From Bilabrum cf. latius (Eukaryota), in NCBI GenBank assembly GCA_965178125.1, contig OZ237744.1, positions 372,001 through 436,000 of the forward strand: a DNA stretch of 64,000 bases, read 5' to 3'. Each line of letters opens with the position of its first letter. The first letter of the stretch is position 1. A program made the position numbers and the translations under genes. The notes beneath the pieces were generated by a model. The model was not told the origin of the DNA. It made no database searches and saw only the letters and a program-made list of their open reading frames with translations. This document shows positions 24,885 to 38,500 of this stretch, piece after piece.

Positions 24885-26534
24885 ATGGACGGCGATCCAT
24901 CCGTTCACTCATTGGTTCGATAGATTAATGATACTATGAGGTAAGTTGGATGGCAAAGCGTCGTCTCTACGTTGATCCCACGCTCCTCCACGAATGCAGA
25001 CTGCTGCAACAGTTGCCGTTCGCTGCGCAGGTACGAATCTGCCGTGCTGGAAGCAGAATATGAGAAATGGCGAGCTGGACAGGCTGAATTGCGTAAATAG
25101 AAGGCCATCTTGGACGACGAGGCTGCCATGTTGCGCCAAGCCCGCCAGCAGCTCGAAGCGAAGCGAGCTGGGTTCGAAAGTGAGGTCAAAGCAAAGTGGG
25201 GCGATTCATCTGGAGGGCAGGATAGAATACGAGTCAATGTAGGTGGTGAAATATTTGAGGCTACACGAGAGACGCTTTGCATGGACCGCTTTTCGCTTCT
25301 TGCTGCGCTGTGCGCCGACGTGTATCCGAAACTTGGAGACCAGCCCGCAGCGAGTGGTGGCTCTGCCTCGGCTGCTGAAGATGGGGCCGGCGATGGAAAG
25401 GGTGCAGCACGAAGCGAACAGTCGTCTGCTCAGACTTCAATACCGTTTATCGACAGAGATTGGTGGCTGTTCCGCCACATCCTTGCTTTCCTGCAAGGCG
25501 GCGACAGCGCGCTGCCCGACGACGTCGAGCTCCTTCGGCAGCTCTACCTAGAGACCGCCTATTTCAGGTTGAATTCCATGCGAGTTGCCATTGAGACGAA
25601 GGTCAGGGACAGGGCGCTCCCCCCCTCGGTGCTCGCTCCGCAGCTGCCCGGCGCTCCATCGCTGGATGACGAGGACCTGCTGCGACGGTGGGGGCGGATC
25701 GGGGGCAGCAGGGGCCCGCCTCCCAAAGGAGCAGAAGCGGCACAGAAGGCACAGGAAACAGAAGCCGCCGCCCAGCAGGCCCTGAAATGGGCGCAGTACA
25801 CGAGGCAGGTGTCGGGCCTCGCGCTCGATGGCGAGGACGAGGAGGCTGCCGCCGCCGCCGACGACTGGATGGACCAGAGGGACCTTCTGGTTGCAACCGT
25901 CCAGGAGGCCGCGGGAGGGGGCCCCTCGGGCCGTGACGCCATCGCCGAGTCGCTGCTGGGCTCGCGCGGGGCGGCGGCACGGCTGGCCGCACACGAGCTC
26001 GAAGGGTTGTCGGGGGCTGGTCCGGGGCCAGCTGAGCTCCTAGCTCAGATGCTAGCCCCTGGTGCTGAGGGTCCCGCCGGACCGTCCGGGGCGGATACGG
26101 CCGCGCTGGCGGAGGTCATGGAGCGGCGCCGCGCGCTTCGGAGGAGGTTCCGCAGGGACCGATCCCTCGGGGGACTCGCCCTAGAGGCGAGTGAGGGCGC
26201 CACGCACGAGGGTGATGAACCATGGGGCGTGCTGGAGCAGGGCAGGGCAATGGCCAGGGGGTATCTGCGACAGGGCATGGGGGCTGGCCTCGGCGGACCT
26301 GACGAGTTCGGGCTCGCTCCGGGCGGGATAGGAGCTGGCGGCGGATCTGGCTTCGGAGCAGCAGGCGGGAGAATAGGGGGAGGCGGACGATGGGGCCCAT
26401 CCCTCGATGAGGAGGGGAATAGCGTCCCTTTAGAGGTGAGGGCAGCTGCCACGAGGCTTCCCGATCCATTCGGACTGCACCCTGGGAGGGAGCGAAAGTC
26501 GCAGGAGCTGCTGGGCCGATTTGGGTCGACCTGA
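24885..26534 (+). CDS. BTB/POZ (KCTD/T1-type) domain protein, 2 exons
   Basis: Motifs IRVNVGGEIFEATRETL and FIDRDWWLFRHILAFL. Intron 24941-25030. Two TAG in the N-terminal part; stop is TGA. Confidence 0.85.
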
Positions 26535-26934
26535 CGGCTAGCCAAAGAGACAATGAATGTAGAATCCGTTTTTATTTTGTTGGACTCATTCGATGTGTAT
26601 TCATTCGCGGCACAATCGCGCTGGGGATCCGATGTTGCGACCACACACCAGGATGCGACCGCCGACACCTTGCATCGTAGGATTCAGTGCCCCGGGAAGG
26701 GATGAGCTACTTTCATTTGATCACTGCACCTTGTTTCACCAATGAATAGCCATTCCAACGCCTGGATTGCCCCTCCCTGGCAGCATCTCAGGTGGTCCCA
26801 TCATCAGAGAGCCGGCAGCGCCGACCGAGAGCCGGACCAAACTCGGAGCCGCTCGGGACCAGCGCCACGTCGTGGGTCCATTTCCGCCGCATCCATACGC
26901 CCAGACACTCAGGTACATAATTTGCCAGCGCACC

Positions 26935-29917
26935 ATGGGTATCGAGATCTCTATCGTCTCCATTGCTGCCACAAGCTCAGCCTTCAATTCCACCTACCTC
27001 GCCAACAATAACGAAGGGCTCGTCATTGGGCGCTACGACGAAGTTTCCGGGGAGGACTGGACATTTGCGTGCGATGGTTCTCAGCAGTGGGACCTTCAAA
27101 CGTTAAGAAAGGCCTGCATTTACACGGGAAATCACGACCAGTGGGGGTACTCGTACCGCGGGCAGCAAGTCCCGGTTGCAAACTACGGGTAGACCAATAT
27201 CAGGTGCGAAATTGACCAAGATTTTGGCTACGAAGCAGAGAACATATGCTCGTACGGCAATGATGCATCAAGTTGCACTGGCACGTCGAGAGGCATCTTC
27301 CTGTCGTGCGTGCCGCGAGGAGACCTGGCGCTTCCAGTGTTGGAGTTTTCCGTCCCAGAACAGAACTGCTCCGGTCCGTGCACGACCATCCAGAACGCAA
27401 CAGTGCATGCCAGACTGGGTGGATTAGAGACTGGTCCAGTATGTGGTGTCGTCACGAATCAACGCGCCGCGGACGCTCTTTGCCGTTCGCTTTCTGTGCC
27501 CGGAGCTAGCGCTGCGTGGTGGGGCGCCTCTGCCAGCACGAATGGCTCATCGTCGTACTCGATGCACGAGTTCTCGTGTCCAGATGGAGATCCGATCTTG
27601 GATATTGGCGATCAATGCCATATCAACCGGATTCCGAGCTGCTCGGCGGACCAGGCTCTGTCTCTGTCATGCGTGATTCCATCGCCGTCGCCTAGTCCTA
27701 CTCCTTCGACAACACCATCAGCTGTGAGACTTTATTTGCAATAATGCTTTATACTGTTGAATTTGAGAGCAGTGCCTGCGATGTTGGAATGGTCTCCTCG
27801 GCCTCTTTGACCTCATGTGACTTGGGATGCGACCAACTCTCCCTCTCTCGCAGACTCCAACGACCACCAGCACCACCAGCGCCACGCCCACGCCGTCGAT
27901 GACCAGCACCACCAGCGTCACGCCCACGCCGTCGATGACCAGCACCACCAGCGCCACACCAGTGAGTTCTGAGTTGGCGTGATGCCGTGGAAATTAGGTC
28001 CGACGAGTTGCATGCCATCGATCTGCAAGGTGACCGGTGACAAACCGGTGACAAAATCATGCATGCTTAGCCAGCTGTCTCATTAATTCCATCGCAGACT
28101 CCAAGCACGACGGTCACAACGACTGCGACGCCCAGTGGCAACGGAATCTCGCCCACGCCGACTGTCAGCAGCAACGGAATCTCGCCCACGCCGACTGTCA
28201 GCAGCAACGGAATCTCGCCCACGCCGACTGTCAGCAGCAACGGGATCTCGCCCACGCCGACTGTCAGCAGCAACGGAATCTCGCCCACGCCGACTGTCAG
28301 CAGCAACGGAATCTCGCCCACGCCGACTGTCAGCAGCAACGGAATCTCGCCCACGCCGACTGTCAGCAGCAACGGAATCTCGCCCACGCCGACTGTCAGC
28401 AGCAACGGAATCTCGCCCACGCCGACTGTCAGCAGCAACGGAATCTCGCCCACGCCGACTGTCAGCAGCAACGGAATCTCGCCCACGCCGACTGTCAGCA
28501 GCAACGGAATCTCGCCCACGCCGACTGTCAGCAGCAACGGAATCTCGCCCACGCCGACTGTCAGCAGCAACGGAATCTCGCCCACGCCGACTGTCAGCAG
28601 CAACGGAATCTCGCCCACGCCGACTGTCAGCAGCAACGGGATCTCGCCCACGCCGACTGTCAGCAGCAACGGGATCTCGCCCACGCCGACTGTCAGCAGC
28701 GATGGTGTGAGATATGCTTGCGAGTCGAATGTTCACGCAGGTAGAGTGTGCTTCCCCAGGCATGTCTCTTGTCCATGTCTCTTGTCCATGTGCTTGCAAG
28801 TGCTCCTCGATTGAATCTGGTATGGTTTCTCCTGTGTTCCTCGTCGCAGCCACCAAGCACGCCATCGAGCACGGCAGCAACTCCGACCACAAGCCCCGTG
28901 AGAGAACAGCCTCAGCCTGTGTTGCACAGGCGACTGCTCGGCCCCAGCAAGGACTAGGCCGTGCAGATCCACCGGGTATATCAGCAGCTGCTGTTGCATT
29001 GCCTTTGCCCGACTATGCTGCTCCCATCCTTCGCACTCTACTACACACTCCTACTCCTCGCCTCGCAGTCGGCTTCCCCGTCCACGTCCAGAGCTCCCAG
29101 GCTCCCGCCCAGAGCCAGCTCGCAGCCATCTGCTGGCGGTGAGGACGATGCAGATCAGCTCAACGAAGCCTAGACCATCGAGGAAATCCTGGAGCAAGCC
29201 AGCGGCTCCAACTCGGTGGTAGAGGTCTGCAGCGATGGTCAGAACTCGGACAGGCTTCGGACCTTGCCGGTCCTGCTGCAGTCTCAGATCCGGATCCGAA
29301 ACCGTACCGTAGCTTAGACAGGATGCCGCAGCACGGATCTCCTGCGCCAGAAGGCGGCTTCTCTTGCCGGAGCAGAGGCAGGCGATGTCGTGATGTGGCT
29401 GAGTGAAGCTCGCGATGAGTCGAGGAGGTTGCAAAGCGGCTCTGGCTCAGGCGTGTCTACAGTGGTTGGGATGCAGATCCCCGTGGCTTCCCTCGATGAG
29501 GCCGACAGCGTGTTTGCAGGCTTGCGGGCCGTCGTAACGAACCAAACGGTGCTATCTGCGCTGAGCGGCTCGACTGGAGACGCTTCCCAGGTTGAGTGGC
29601 TTGCCGACAGCCCCGAGGCGTCCTTCTCGGCTCGCAACCCGAACGCGGAGCCGGATGCGGACGACGATGGCGGCTCTGATTTGTCCGACGCGATGATTGT
29701 ACTGATTGCCTGCGGCGCGGTCCTCGTCGCCATCGTGCTGGGAGTTCTCGTGATGAGCTACTGCTGCGGCGTGTCATGCTGCTGCTCGCCGCCAGCCAAA
29801 AGTGCTTCCCCTGTAGGATAGACCGTGGAGAAGGGAAATGTTGGGCCAGGCACGAATGTCTCCGGTGGGGCGATCGGATTCAGTGCCGGTGGCAACCACG
29901 AGGCAAGCCAGGTGTGA
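26935..29917 (+). CDS. Type I membrane protein: two SRCR-like domains, Ser/Thr/Pro mucin stalk, TM, Cys-rich juxtamembrane tail (5' end uncertain)
   Basis: SRCR-like patterns EGLV..WTFACDG..WD..AC and GPVCG..AADALCRSL..FSC..C..C..LSC. Introns 27724-27853, 27962-28097, 28707-28849 and 28898-29068. TM AMIVLIACGAVLVAIVLGVLVM. Stop TGA 29915-29917. Confidence 0.75.
28138..28698 (+). repeat. 33-bp coding tandem repeat, 17 copies (SNGISPTPTVS)
   Basis: Unit gcaacgg(a/g)atctcgcccacgccgactgtcagca; 561 bp / 33 = 17 copies; no spacers. Confidence 0.97.
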
Positions 29918-30246
29918 CTGGGTTGCTAACGTGGAGCCTCGGGATGGCTGGTACTGGAGCCACGATTAAATCCGGGTGCACTTGGAATGTCTCCACGATG
30001 TTTGGGGACGGGCTCGCAGGCTACGGCCTGAATAAATCCCGAGCATGTATCACTCACTGTGCACTTCGGCACTCATGATGGCGTTTCGCCGACGAGAGCA
30101 ATTTGTTCTCATTTTCATATTCTTCAGCAGGAAAATTCAATTCTGGACAAGCGCTACTATCTTAAGGTGCGCCTTTTAATCTATTAATTGCATTAACTCA
30201 CAAGAAATCAGTGATTCAAGAGCTAGGGCGTTCGCCAGAGTTTCTG

Positions 30247-33200
30247 ATGAACGTGCAACAGAGGGCAGCTGTTGAAGCGCCGCCGGGGCCGGTCATGGTA
30301 CTTGCAGGGCCAGGTACAGGCAAAACTTACGTCATTACTCAACGGCTAATTCATTTACTCAGAATCTCAAAGAGCGTTGCCGCGGTCAAGTCAAACGGAG
30401 CAAGCCAGCAGTCGATACACCACGCGGGAGGGGCACTCGCACTTACATTTACGAATAAAGCAGCAAAGGAAATGGCCGACCGCGTAAATAAATTGTCTGC
30501 ATAGGATGACATAAAAGTTCGATGCAGGATATGCACATTTCATGCACTGTGCTGCTTTTTGCTGAGGGCTTTCGCGAGAAGAGCATTTTAGATTGCGAGC
30601 GATAAGCAGAGGAATGAAGCGATGCTCACCAGCATACAGCGATGTTATGACCATGCTGATATTTCAAGAAATCTACAAGTCTCTATTAGGACTTGCGTGG
30701 AGCGCTGGAAGGGATTTGGATTTTCCCCCGCGCAAGTGCTCGCCCATGAGCAAGTTCGAAGCTCTGTCGACCAGAGGCTCTACGCGAACGTCTACGCTCA
30801 CTACTAGCGATACCTCCACGACAACAGATTGATGGACTTTGGAGATCTGACGCTTGAATGCGTGCAATTTCTGGAGCAGTCGCCAGCCGCATGCGAGGCC
30901 ATACACCGGCGGTGGGCTCACGTGCTCGTGGATGAGTTTCAAGACACCTCTTATCTGCAGTGGAAGCTGGTACGCCTGCTTACCCGGGGTCTCATAACAT
31001 CCATTCCGCAACGCGATGTTACGAGCAGCGCCTCAAGCAGTGGAAAGGAAGAGGTCTCCGAGCCTAGCCTGACCGTGGTCGGGGACCCGAACCAGTGCAT
31101 CTACACGTGGCGCCTCGCATCTGCGAAAAATCCCGAGCGTTTCCTGCGAGACTTTCCAAGTGCCAAGCTTGTTCATCTGTCTGTAAGCTACCGCTCCACG
31201 CCCCGTATCCTCAGGGCCAGCAACGCGGTGATCCGGCAGGCCCTCCCCGCGGACCCCCAGTCGGTTGCTTCAGTCAAGAGGGAAGAGCCTGCACCAAAAC
31301 GAGCAAGAGTGGAAAGCTGTATGGATAGCGAAGGGGAAGAACACCGCGGTGAAAGAACTTCCTTTGAGACGCTGCAGCGCTTGCAGTACGAGTGCCTCAC
31401 AGCGCAGGACAGCTCTGCAGACGGCCCCAAAGTGGCAGTCATGCTGTTCTCGACTCCAGAAGACGAAGCTAAGGCCGTGGCGTCGTTGACGAGACATGTA
31501 CACGGAGAATCGTAGTATTCATGTGCCGCTCAGGGGGGCGCCACTGACCATGTGCAGGCAAACAAAGACAACTTGCCCGGCTTTTCATCATCTAGAACTG
31601 CGTTGAAGCCCCCCGACAGGATTGCAGGTGCGGCTGCAACAGTAGGATCAGCGTTCTCCGTACCATCCGACCCGCGTCACGCGTCCAGTGAATCAAGTAG
31701 CAGCAAGGAGGACCGTTCTTTCCCCGGCTCGGTCGCTATTCTGGGCAGGTATCATGCGACACTGTCGCCGATCGAGACTGCTCTCCGTGACTAGCGGAGC
31801 CCGTACAAGAGGATAGGCGTCAAGAAGGCTCTGGATCGACCGGACACCAAGGCAGCACTATCACTTCTTCGCCTTGCTTCTGGGTCTGGCACGGACGATT
31901 CCATCGCTGATGCATTTGGGGCAGTACTCTCATTTCCAGCCAGCGGAATCGGACCGGGCACAGTTGAGCTTGCGATTGAAGCTGGGTCTCAAACGTAGGA
32001 TGGCGACCAGACAATTGATGCTTATCATGCTTTTGAAAGGGTTGCACGAGGTGACGCCGAGGCACGCGGAATCGGAGCTTCCAAGCTTAGGCCGATGCGC
32101 AGCTTGGTCGCCGCCGTGAGAAAAATTCGAGAACGGTTTAGGGTCCCCTCCTCTCTCGGTCTGCTCGAATCGGCCGGTGCTCTTGCGGCTGGTGCTCAGC
32201 TAGCTTCCAGTCTCGTCATGTCGACTGGGATAGCAGCCCATGCGGGGGTTGAGGAGGCGTGGCTTGCCATGGCTGGCTTTGCCTCGGCCGTGTCCTCCAT
32301 CGGGAGCGGGGCTGAGGGCAGCGGCACATTTCCCGCTGAAGGAGCATTACCCAGGCCAGCTGAACAAATCACGTCAAAGAGCACCCCTAAAAGCAAGGCA
32401 AAAGTGCTTGAAGAAGAGAGCGACGAATCACATAGTGAGGAGTCTGATATTGATTCGGATTCCGGTGATGGCTCAGGTGTTGATCCGGACACACTGGCTG
32501 CTTTTTCGTGCCTGTTGTCGGCGGTGCAGGGAGCCGTTGCAGACTGGTGGAGGGAGTGCAAGGAAATCGAGAGCATCTCGATTAGCATGTCGCGTAGTAG
32601 CGACCCTGCGACCGCCGGTTTGACTGTGTCGCAGCCACCGCAGTTGCTGGACTTTGTGCTGGAGAGAGTCTCGCTTCTGGGTGGAGCGGACGTATCAGTG
32701 GCAAGCTCGGCTTCATGCAGTGCACCACAGATCACCTTAAGCACCATCCACGCCAGCAAAGGCCTGGAGTACGACACGGTGATCATACCCGGGCTGATTG
32801 AGGGTGTCCTGCCTCCTCGCCCTCGACGAGCCGATGACACAATGGTGCGCTTGAAAGAACCAGACGATTTTGAAGTGGCTAACCCTGATACGCACCAGTA
32901 GCAGCGGATACAGGCATCAGAGGAGGACCCTGGTCTGCAGGAGGAGCGCAGGCTGCTGTACGTCGCGATGACGAGGGCCAAGCGGATGCTAGTCCTGACA
33001 CACCACGACAGAGCGGCCCGCCACAGAAGGCGGCAACGATGTCCCCCGTCGAGGTTTTTGGCCGCGCTGGAATCTTTAGCGTTCGGAGGCAACGGCGAGA
33101 AGCGTCGCGTTGACGTGGTATTCAAGGATTGCCGCAGGGCAGGGATCAGACCTGCGAGCTCCTCTTCTTCATCCAGTGCAGCCTCGTCAGGCTCCGGCAG

Positions 33201-33618
33201 CATGGCCCTGGCAGTCGCGCAGCAGAGCGCCAAGCTGGCTGCCATGGTGCAGTCGTCGCGGCGCTCAGGACAACGCCTGGGCCAGGGAGATTTCCGCGGC
33301 AGTCTTGAGGACGTCTCGGTCCCGGTGCCTGTGCCTGGCATCCCATCGGACTCGAACGCTTCTCACGCCTCTCGCCCGAGAAAGAGAAGTCGGCTGGTGT
33401 CCACTGTCGGGACTGGTGCGACTCTCGGGGCTGGCGCACTGCCAGTGCTAGGGCTCGCCGCTGCTGGTGCAGGGTCACTGCCCAGTTTGGGTGCGTCGAG
33501 GAGATCCGGAACTGCCCTTGGCGCGGCTGGGGCCTTGCCTGGACTAGCTGGGGGGTCGCGGGCCTCAGATGGGCAGCAAGCAGAGAAGCAAACAACTTCT
33601 GGCAGAGATAGGGATTGA
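30247..33618 (+). CDS. UvrD/PcrA/Srs2-like SF1A DNA helicase (~1123 aa)
   Basis: Motifs VLAGPGTGKT, LTFTNKAAKEM, TFHALC, DFGDL, VDEFQD, VGDPNQCIYTWR, YRST, TIHASKGLEYD and EERRLLYVAMTRAK all lie in one frame across seven TAG (30502, 30589, 30805, 31513, 31792, 31996, 32899). Stop is TGA. Start codon is tentative. Confidence 0.93.
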
Positions 33619-34260
33619 TATGCCTCCAGCGCGTTGGCGTGGCCAGAGCACTTGTTGCTGTCGCAGACTTTGTCGTGTGTGCCGCGCTGCATTACAGTAT
33701 TGTTGCGATTGATCAGTGATCAATTTTTTGAATGCAGTATTTTTCTGCCAGATAGTGCCAGAATCTGGCAGATATTCTGGCCAAACGGTTCCGCTTGTCA
33801 AATATGAGTTGGTTTGGCCGATGATGTCCCTGAGATTGAGGTCTTGCGTTGGGCACATTTCCCGTTCGAGGTGCAGGAACACAGATGCGACGCAGCACAG
33901 CGGAGGAGTGGGAGCGTGGTGGCACGCCAGCCGGGGGGAGCATAAGTGGAGGAGATGATTGGTTGGGTATTTTGGTTGATGTAGGGGATAGATACGGGGG
34001 AGACACAGCCCAGGCAGGTTGAGGTGAGGGCTTGCTAGTGGTCTGGATCGTAGGGCGGCTCGGAGTGATCGGAACGGCTCCGCATGGGGTCGGACCATCC
34101 AACCACAGGCAGGTGAGGAAGCATGGAGGTCACAATAAGAATTGAGCGGCTATCGCCAGCTTTTTCTTCAGCGCTCCAGGCGCCTGCAGCTCGACGACGG
34201 AGGTCTGCATCGTCACGGTCCCGCTCCTGCACAGGGCCCTACGAGCAACTAGGTAGAGCC

Positions 34261-34530
34261 TGGTGGCTGTTCCGCCACATCCTTGCTTTCCTGCAAGGCA
34301 GCCACAGCGCGCTGCCTGACGACGTCGAGCTCCTTCGGCAGCTCTACCTAGAGACCGCCTACTTCAGGTTGAATTCCATGCGAGTTGCCATTGAGACGAA
34401 GGTCAGGGACAGGGCGCTTCCCCCCTCGGTGCTCGCTCCGCAGCTGCCCGGCGCTCCATCGCTGGATGACGACAAGGACCTGCTACGACGGTGGGGGCGG
34501 ATCGGGGGCAGCAGGGGCCCGCCTCCCAAA
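34261..34530 (+). pseudogene. Duplicated internal fragment of the BTB/KCTD gene
   Basis: Near-identical to 25461-25727. Lacks the N-terminal half of the BTB domain and the C-terminus; followed by TGA at 34543. Confidence 0.8.
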
Positions 34531-35519
34531 TGCGGTCGATGGTGAGGACGATGGTGACACGGGCATGAGAGGCCAGGCCCTGAAGGGGTTCCCCTGAGCA
34601 GGGGCGGGCTGGTCGTGTGATGGGGGCCGCACTAACGAGTGGGCCCATCGGGCAACACGGACGGGAAGTAAGCGATCTAGAGCAATGGTTGGTATCGGGG
34701 GCGCAGCAGGCGGCGAGAGGGCAATCACATAGCTTGGATTGCCCGGCATGGATCTCTCCCTGGTTTGGACAGTTGGACCGTGCGGGTGTAGGGACCTTAG
34801 TGGATGACTATGATGTTCCGTGGTTCGCGACCCCTCGTGAATGTTTCTGAATATAATAAATAGCCAAGTATTGTCCGCTGTGATGTGATTTGCTGCCGGG
34901 ACCACGGGGCTCGTCTACCCGTCGGGGGGGCGCGATCCTTGACAGCATCTACCGGAACACGGTGGACGCGCAGACACTGAATAACACACAGTTAATACGC
35001 TTAGCGTGCGTGATTGCTTCTCTGGGCACTTTTGGCTGGCGGTGGAAGGCGCGGCAAGTTTGCAGCCGGGGGCGCCCGCATCGACCAGGTGCAGCCGCGA
35101 CCATCAAGCAAATCAACGAGTCATAAACATATTTCATTACATGGAAAATATGTTGCGCTACTTAGATTTGCGCTACGGGGCCACAATTACGCCGAGCGAG
35201 CCGCTGGGCATGATTACTGATGCTCTCGTTGCGCAGAAATTTCTGCGCAATGCTGACCGATGGTTTTGATATTTGCATGTTAAGCAATACTGAAAGAAGC
35301 AAAGCACGCCTTACAGTAGTGCTACCTACGACGAATGTATCCGTTTTAGGACCGCCAACCACAATCCGACGGTCCCAACTTGAAGCATCCCGGATTCGTC
35401 ACTGGCAGGCATCGTGACCGGATCGCCGGCGGATCGTGGATGCTTGGGACGAACGCCACGTCGCCGGTCCATTGCACACATACGCTAAGACACTCAGGCA
35501 CATACTTTGCCAGCGCACC

Positions 35520-38500
35520 ATGGGTATCGAGATCTCTATCGTCTCCATTACTGCCACAAGCTCAGCCTTCAATTCCACCTACCTCGCCAACAATAACGAA
35601 GGGCTCGTCATTGCGCGCTACGACGAAGTGTCCGGGGAGGACTGGACATTTGCATGCGATGGTTCTCAGCAGTGGGACCTTCAAACGTTAAGAAAGGCCT
35701 GCATTTACACGGGAAATCACGACCAGTGGGGGTACTCGTACCGCGGGCAGCAGGTCTAGGTGGCAAACTACGGATAGACCAATATCAGGTGCGAAATTGA
35801 CCAAGATTTTGGCTTCGAAGCAGAAAACATATGCTCGTACGGCAATGATGCATCAAGTTGCACTGGCACGTCGAGAGGCATCTTCCTGTCGTGCGTGCCG
35901 CGAGGAGACCTGGCGCTTCCAGTGTTGGAGTTTTCCGTCCCAGAACAGAACTGCTCCGGTCCGTGCACGACCATCCAGAACGCAACAGTGCATGCTAGAC
36001 TGGGTGGATTAGAGACTGGTCCAGTATGTGGTGTCGTCGCGAATCAACGCGCCGCGGACGCTCTTTGCCGTTCGCTTTCCGTGCCTGGAGCTAGCGCTGC
36101 GTGGTGGGGCGCCTCTGCCAGCACGAATGGCTCATCGTCGTACTCGATGCACGAGTTCTCGTGTCCAGATGGAGATCCGATCTTGGATATTGGCGATCAA
36201 TGCCATATCAACCGGATTCCGAGCTGCTCGGCGGACCAGGCTCTGTCTCTGTCATGCGTGATTCCATCGCCGCCGCCAATTCCTACTTCTTCGATAACAC
36301 CATCAGCTGTGAGACTTTATTTGCAATGATGCTTTATACTGTTGAATTTGAGAGCAGTGCCTGCGATGTTGGAATGGTCTCCTAGGCGCACCCTCTTCGA
36401 CCTCATGTGACTTGGGATGCGACCAACTCTCTCTCGCAGACTCCATCGACGACAAGCACCACCAGCGCCACGCCTACGCCGTCGATGACCAGCACCACCA
36501 GCGCCACGCCAGTGAGTTCTGAGTTGGCGTGATGCCGTGGACATTGGCTCCGACGAGTCGCATGCCATCGATCTGCAAGGTGACCAAGCGAGGTTGTGTG
36601 CGGCAGGCATTTTTCAGAAGGTGCTTTTTCCACCCGTGGCTGCCTCGACGGTTGAAGTTCTGCTCAGCTATAACTCAACTTCCGTTGTACGCCTTCTGCA
36701 CCTAGTGTATGTTACTTTGTGCTACAGGCGTCTGTCTTTCTGCGCTGGTTGGTGCGCGTGCTCCCAACAAGGTGCCACGATTCCAGCGCCACATCTCCAC
36801 GGTCCGATCAAACCGGAACTCTCCGCGCGCTCCGACTCCCAATTTGAAACAAACCGGTGACAAAATCATGCATGCTTAGCCAGCTGTCTCACCAATTCCA
36901 TCGCAGACTCCAAGCACGACGGTCACAACGACTGCGACGCCCAGCTTCGGGACCAGCCGGAGCCCCAGCCCCAGTGCCAGCAACACTCCCAGCCCCAGTG
37001 CCAGCAACACAGTAACGCCGTCCGCGACCGCCACGCCGTCGATGACCAGCACCACCAGTGCCACACCAGTGAGTTCTGAGTTGGCGTGATGCCGTGGAAA
37101 TTAGGCCCGACGAGTCGCATGCCATCGATCTGCAAGGTGACCGGTGACAAACCGGTGACAAAATCATGCATGCTTAGCCAGCTGTCTCATCAATTCCATC
37201 GCAGACTCCAAGCACGACGGTCACAACGACTGCGACGCCCAGTGGCAACGGAATCTCGCCCACGCCGAGTGTCAGCAGCAACGGGATCTCAACGCCCCCA
37301 GTGCCATCCGCGCCGGTAAGTCGCGACCGGCTCCACGCATGAGATACATTTAGCCTGTGTCCCATTCGATTTACTATAGTTCCTGCATGAGTTTAGCTAT
37401 ACTCTCTCGCAGGCTCATCCACAACATGTCATATTCCTGGGTCCAACCATCGTGTCTAACATGTTGGATCTTGCGCTCCACGAGATCGACAATGACTATT
37501 GCCAGCTGTGCACCGGCTTGCGGGAGGCCTGGGTACGAGGGTGGCCCGCGAACCGAGGGGGTGCAGTCGAGCTTGAAGTGCGGCTGCGTGGGGGGGGACT
37601 TGCCATCGCCAATTGGACCTCGGGAGCTGTGAATGTAACCATTGGGGCAGCAACTATATGCCACAGCCCTCGTATCATCCCGAATACTACGCGCATCGGC
37701 ACAGCCACTGGCAGCGCCTCGCCATCCGCTGGCATGTCGATCGCGTGTCGAGCCAGTATGAGGAATCTTCAGCTCGAGGCTGCAGAGCTGGCCAAGAGAC
37801 CGGCACTCCGATCCATGTGGGCACTGCTGGCTGAAGATAAATAGACAGCCGATGAGGTACCGATGAATGGCCCTCCGAGCATGCCTGCTTTGGTGCCTTG
37901 GAGCGAGCGGGTGCGGAATCTGACATCGAACGGAGAATCGAGGCTTCAGGACGGAGTAGAGAGACAGAAGCTACGGGTGGCAGTGCGGGTGCCAGTGTAG
38001 GTGCAGGTGCAGGCCACAGACGGGGGTCCTCCGCTGGTCGCGTGGTCGAACGCCAGCGACGTGGGTTGGAGGACCGCGGACCAGGGCAACGGCACTGTGG
38101 GCCAGCTGTGGGTGTGGCTGCCAGCCCCCACTGCTGACTTGCTGCAAGCACAGATGCGTGCCATGGAACAAGGCGAAAACCTGTCTCTCCACAGGTGGAC
38201 GTTCCCCCCTGTTGGTGCGTTGGATCGGTTGATGCCTCTGCAAAGCGACGCAGATCTGTCAACCGCCGCGGCGATCCTGTCGACAATTGCGGGTGGCAGT
38301 GGCAGAGACAGTGGCCATGGGCTGTAGGTGCTCCCGCCCGACGGGTGGGAGGGGGACGTGGATGCCAGCGGTGAGTGGAGAGTGGTGGTCCCACTCGGAG
38401 CTCGTCCTATTGCAGCAGTGGCAAGCGACCTGGTCGGTGGCAGGATAGGCGGAGTCGATGGGCTAGTCACGGGGTGGCCGGACCTTGCTACAGCGGGCGC

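Noticed and set aside
28138-28698. CRISPR array
   Set aside because: Head-to-tail 33-bp units with no unique spacers, in frame within a spliced exon; no cas genes.
30247-33618. Bacterial contamination or prophage (UvrD-like gene)
   Set aside because: It uses the same TAG code and low-complexity inserts as its intron-containing neighbours, and eukaryotes have Srs2-like helicases.
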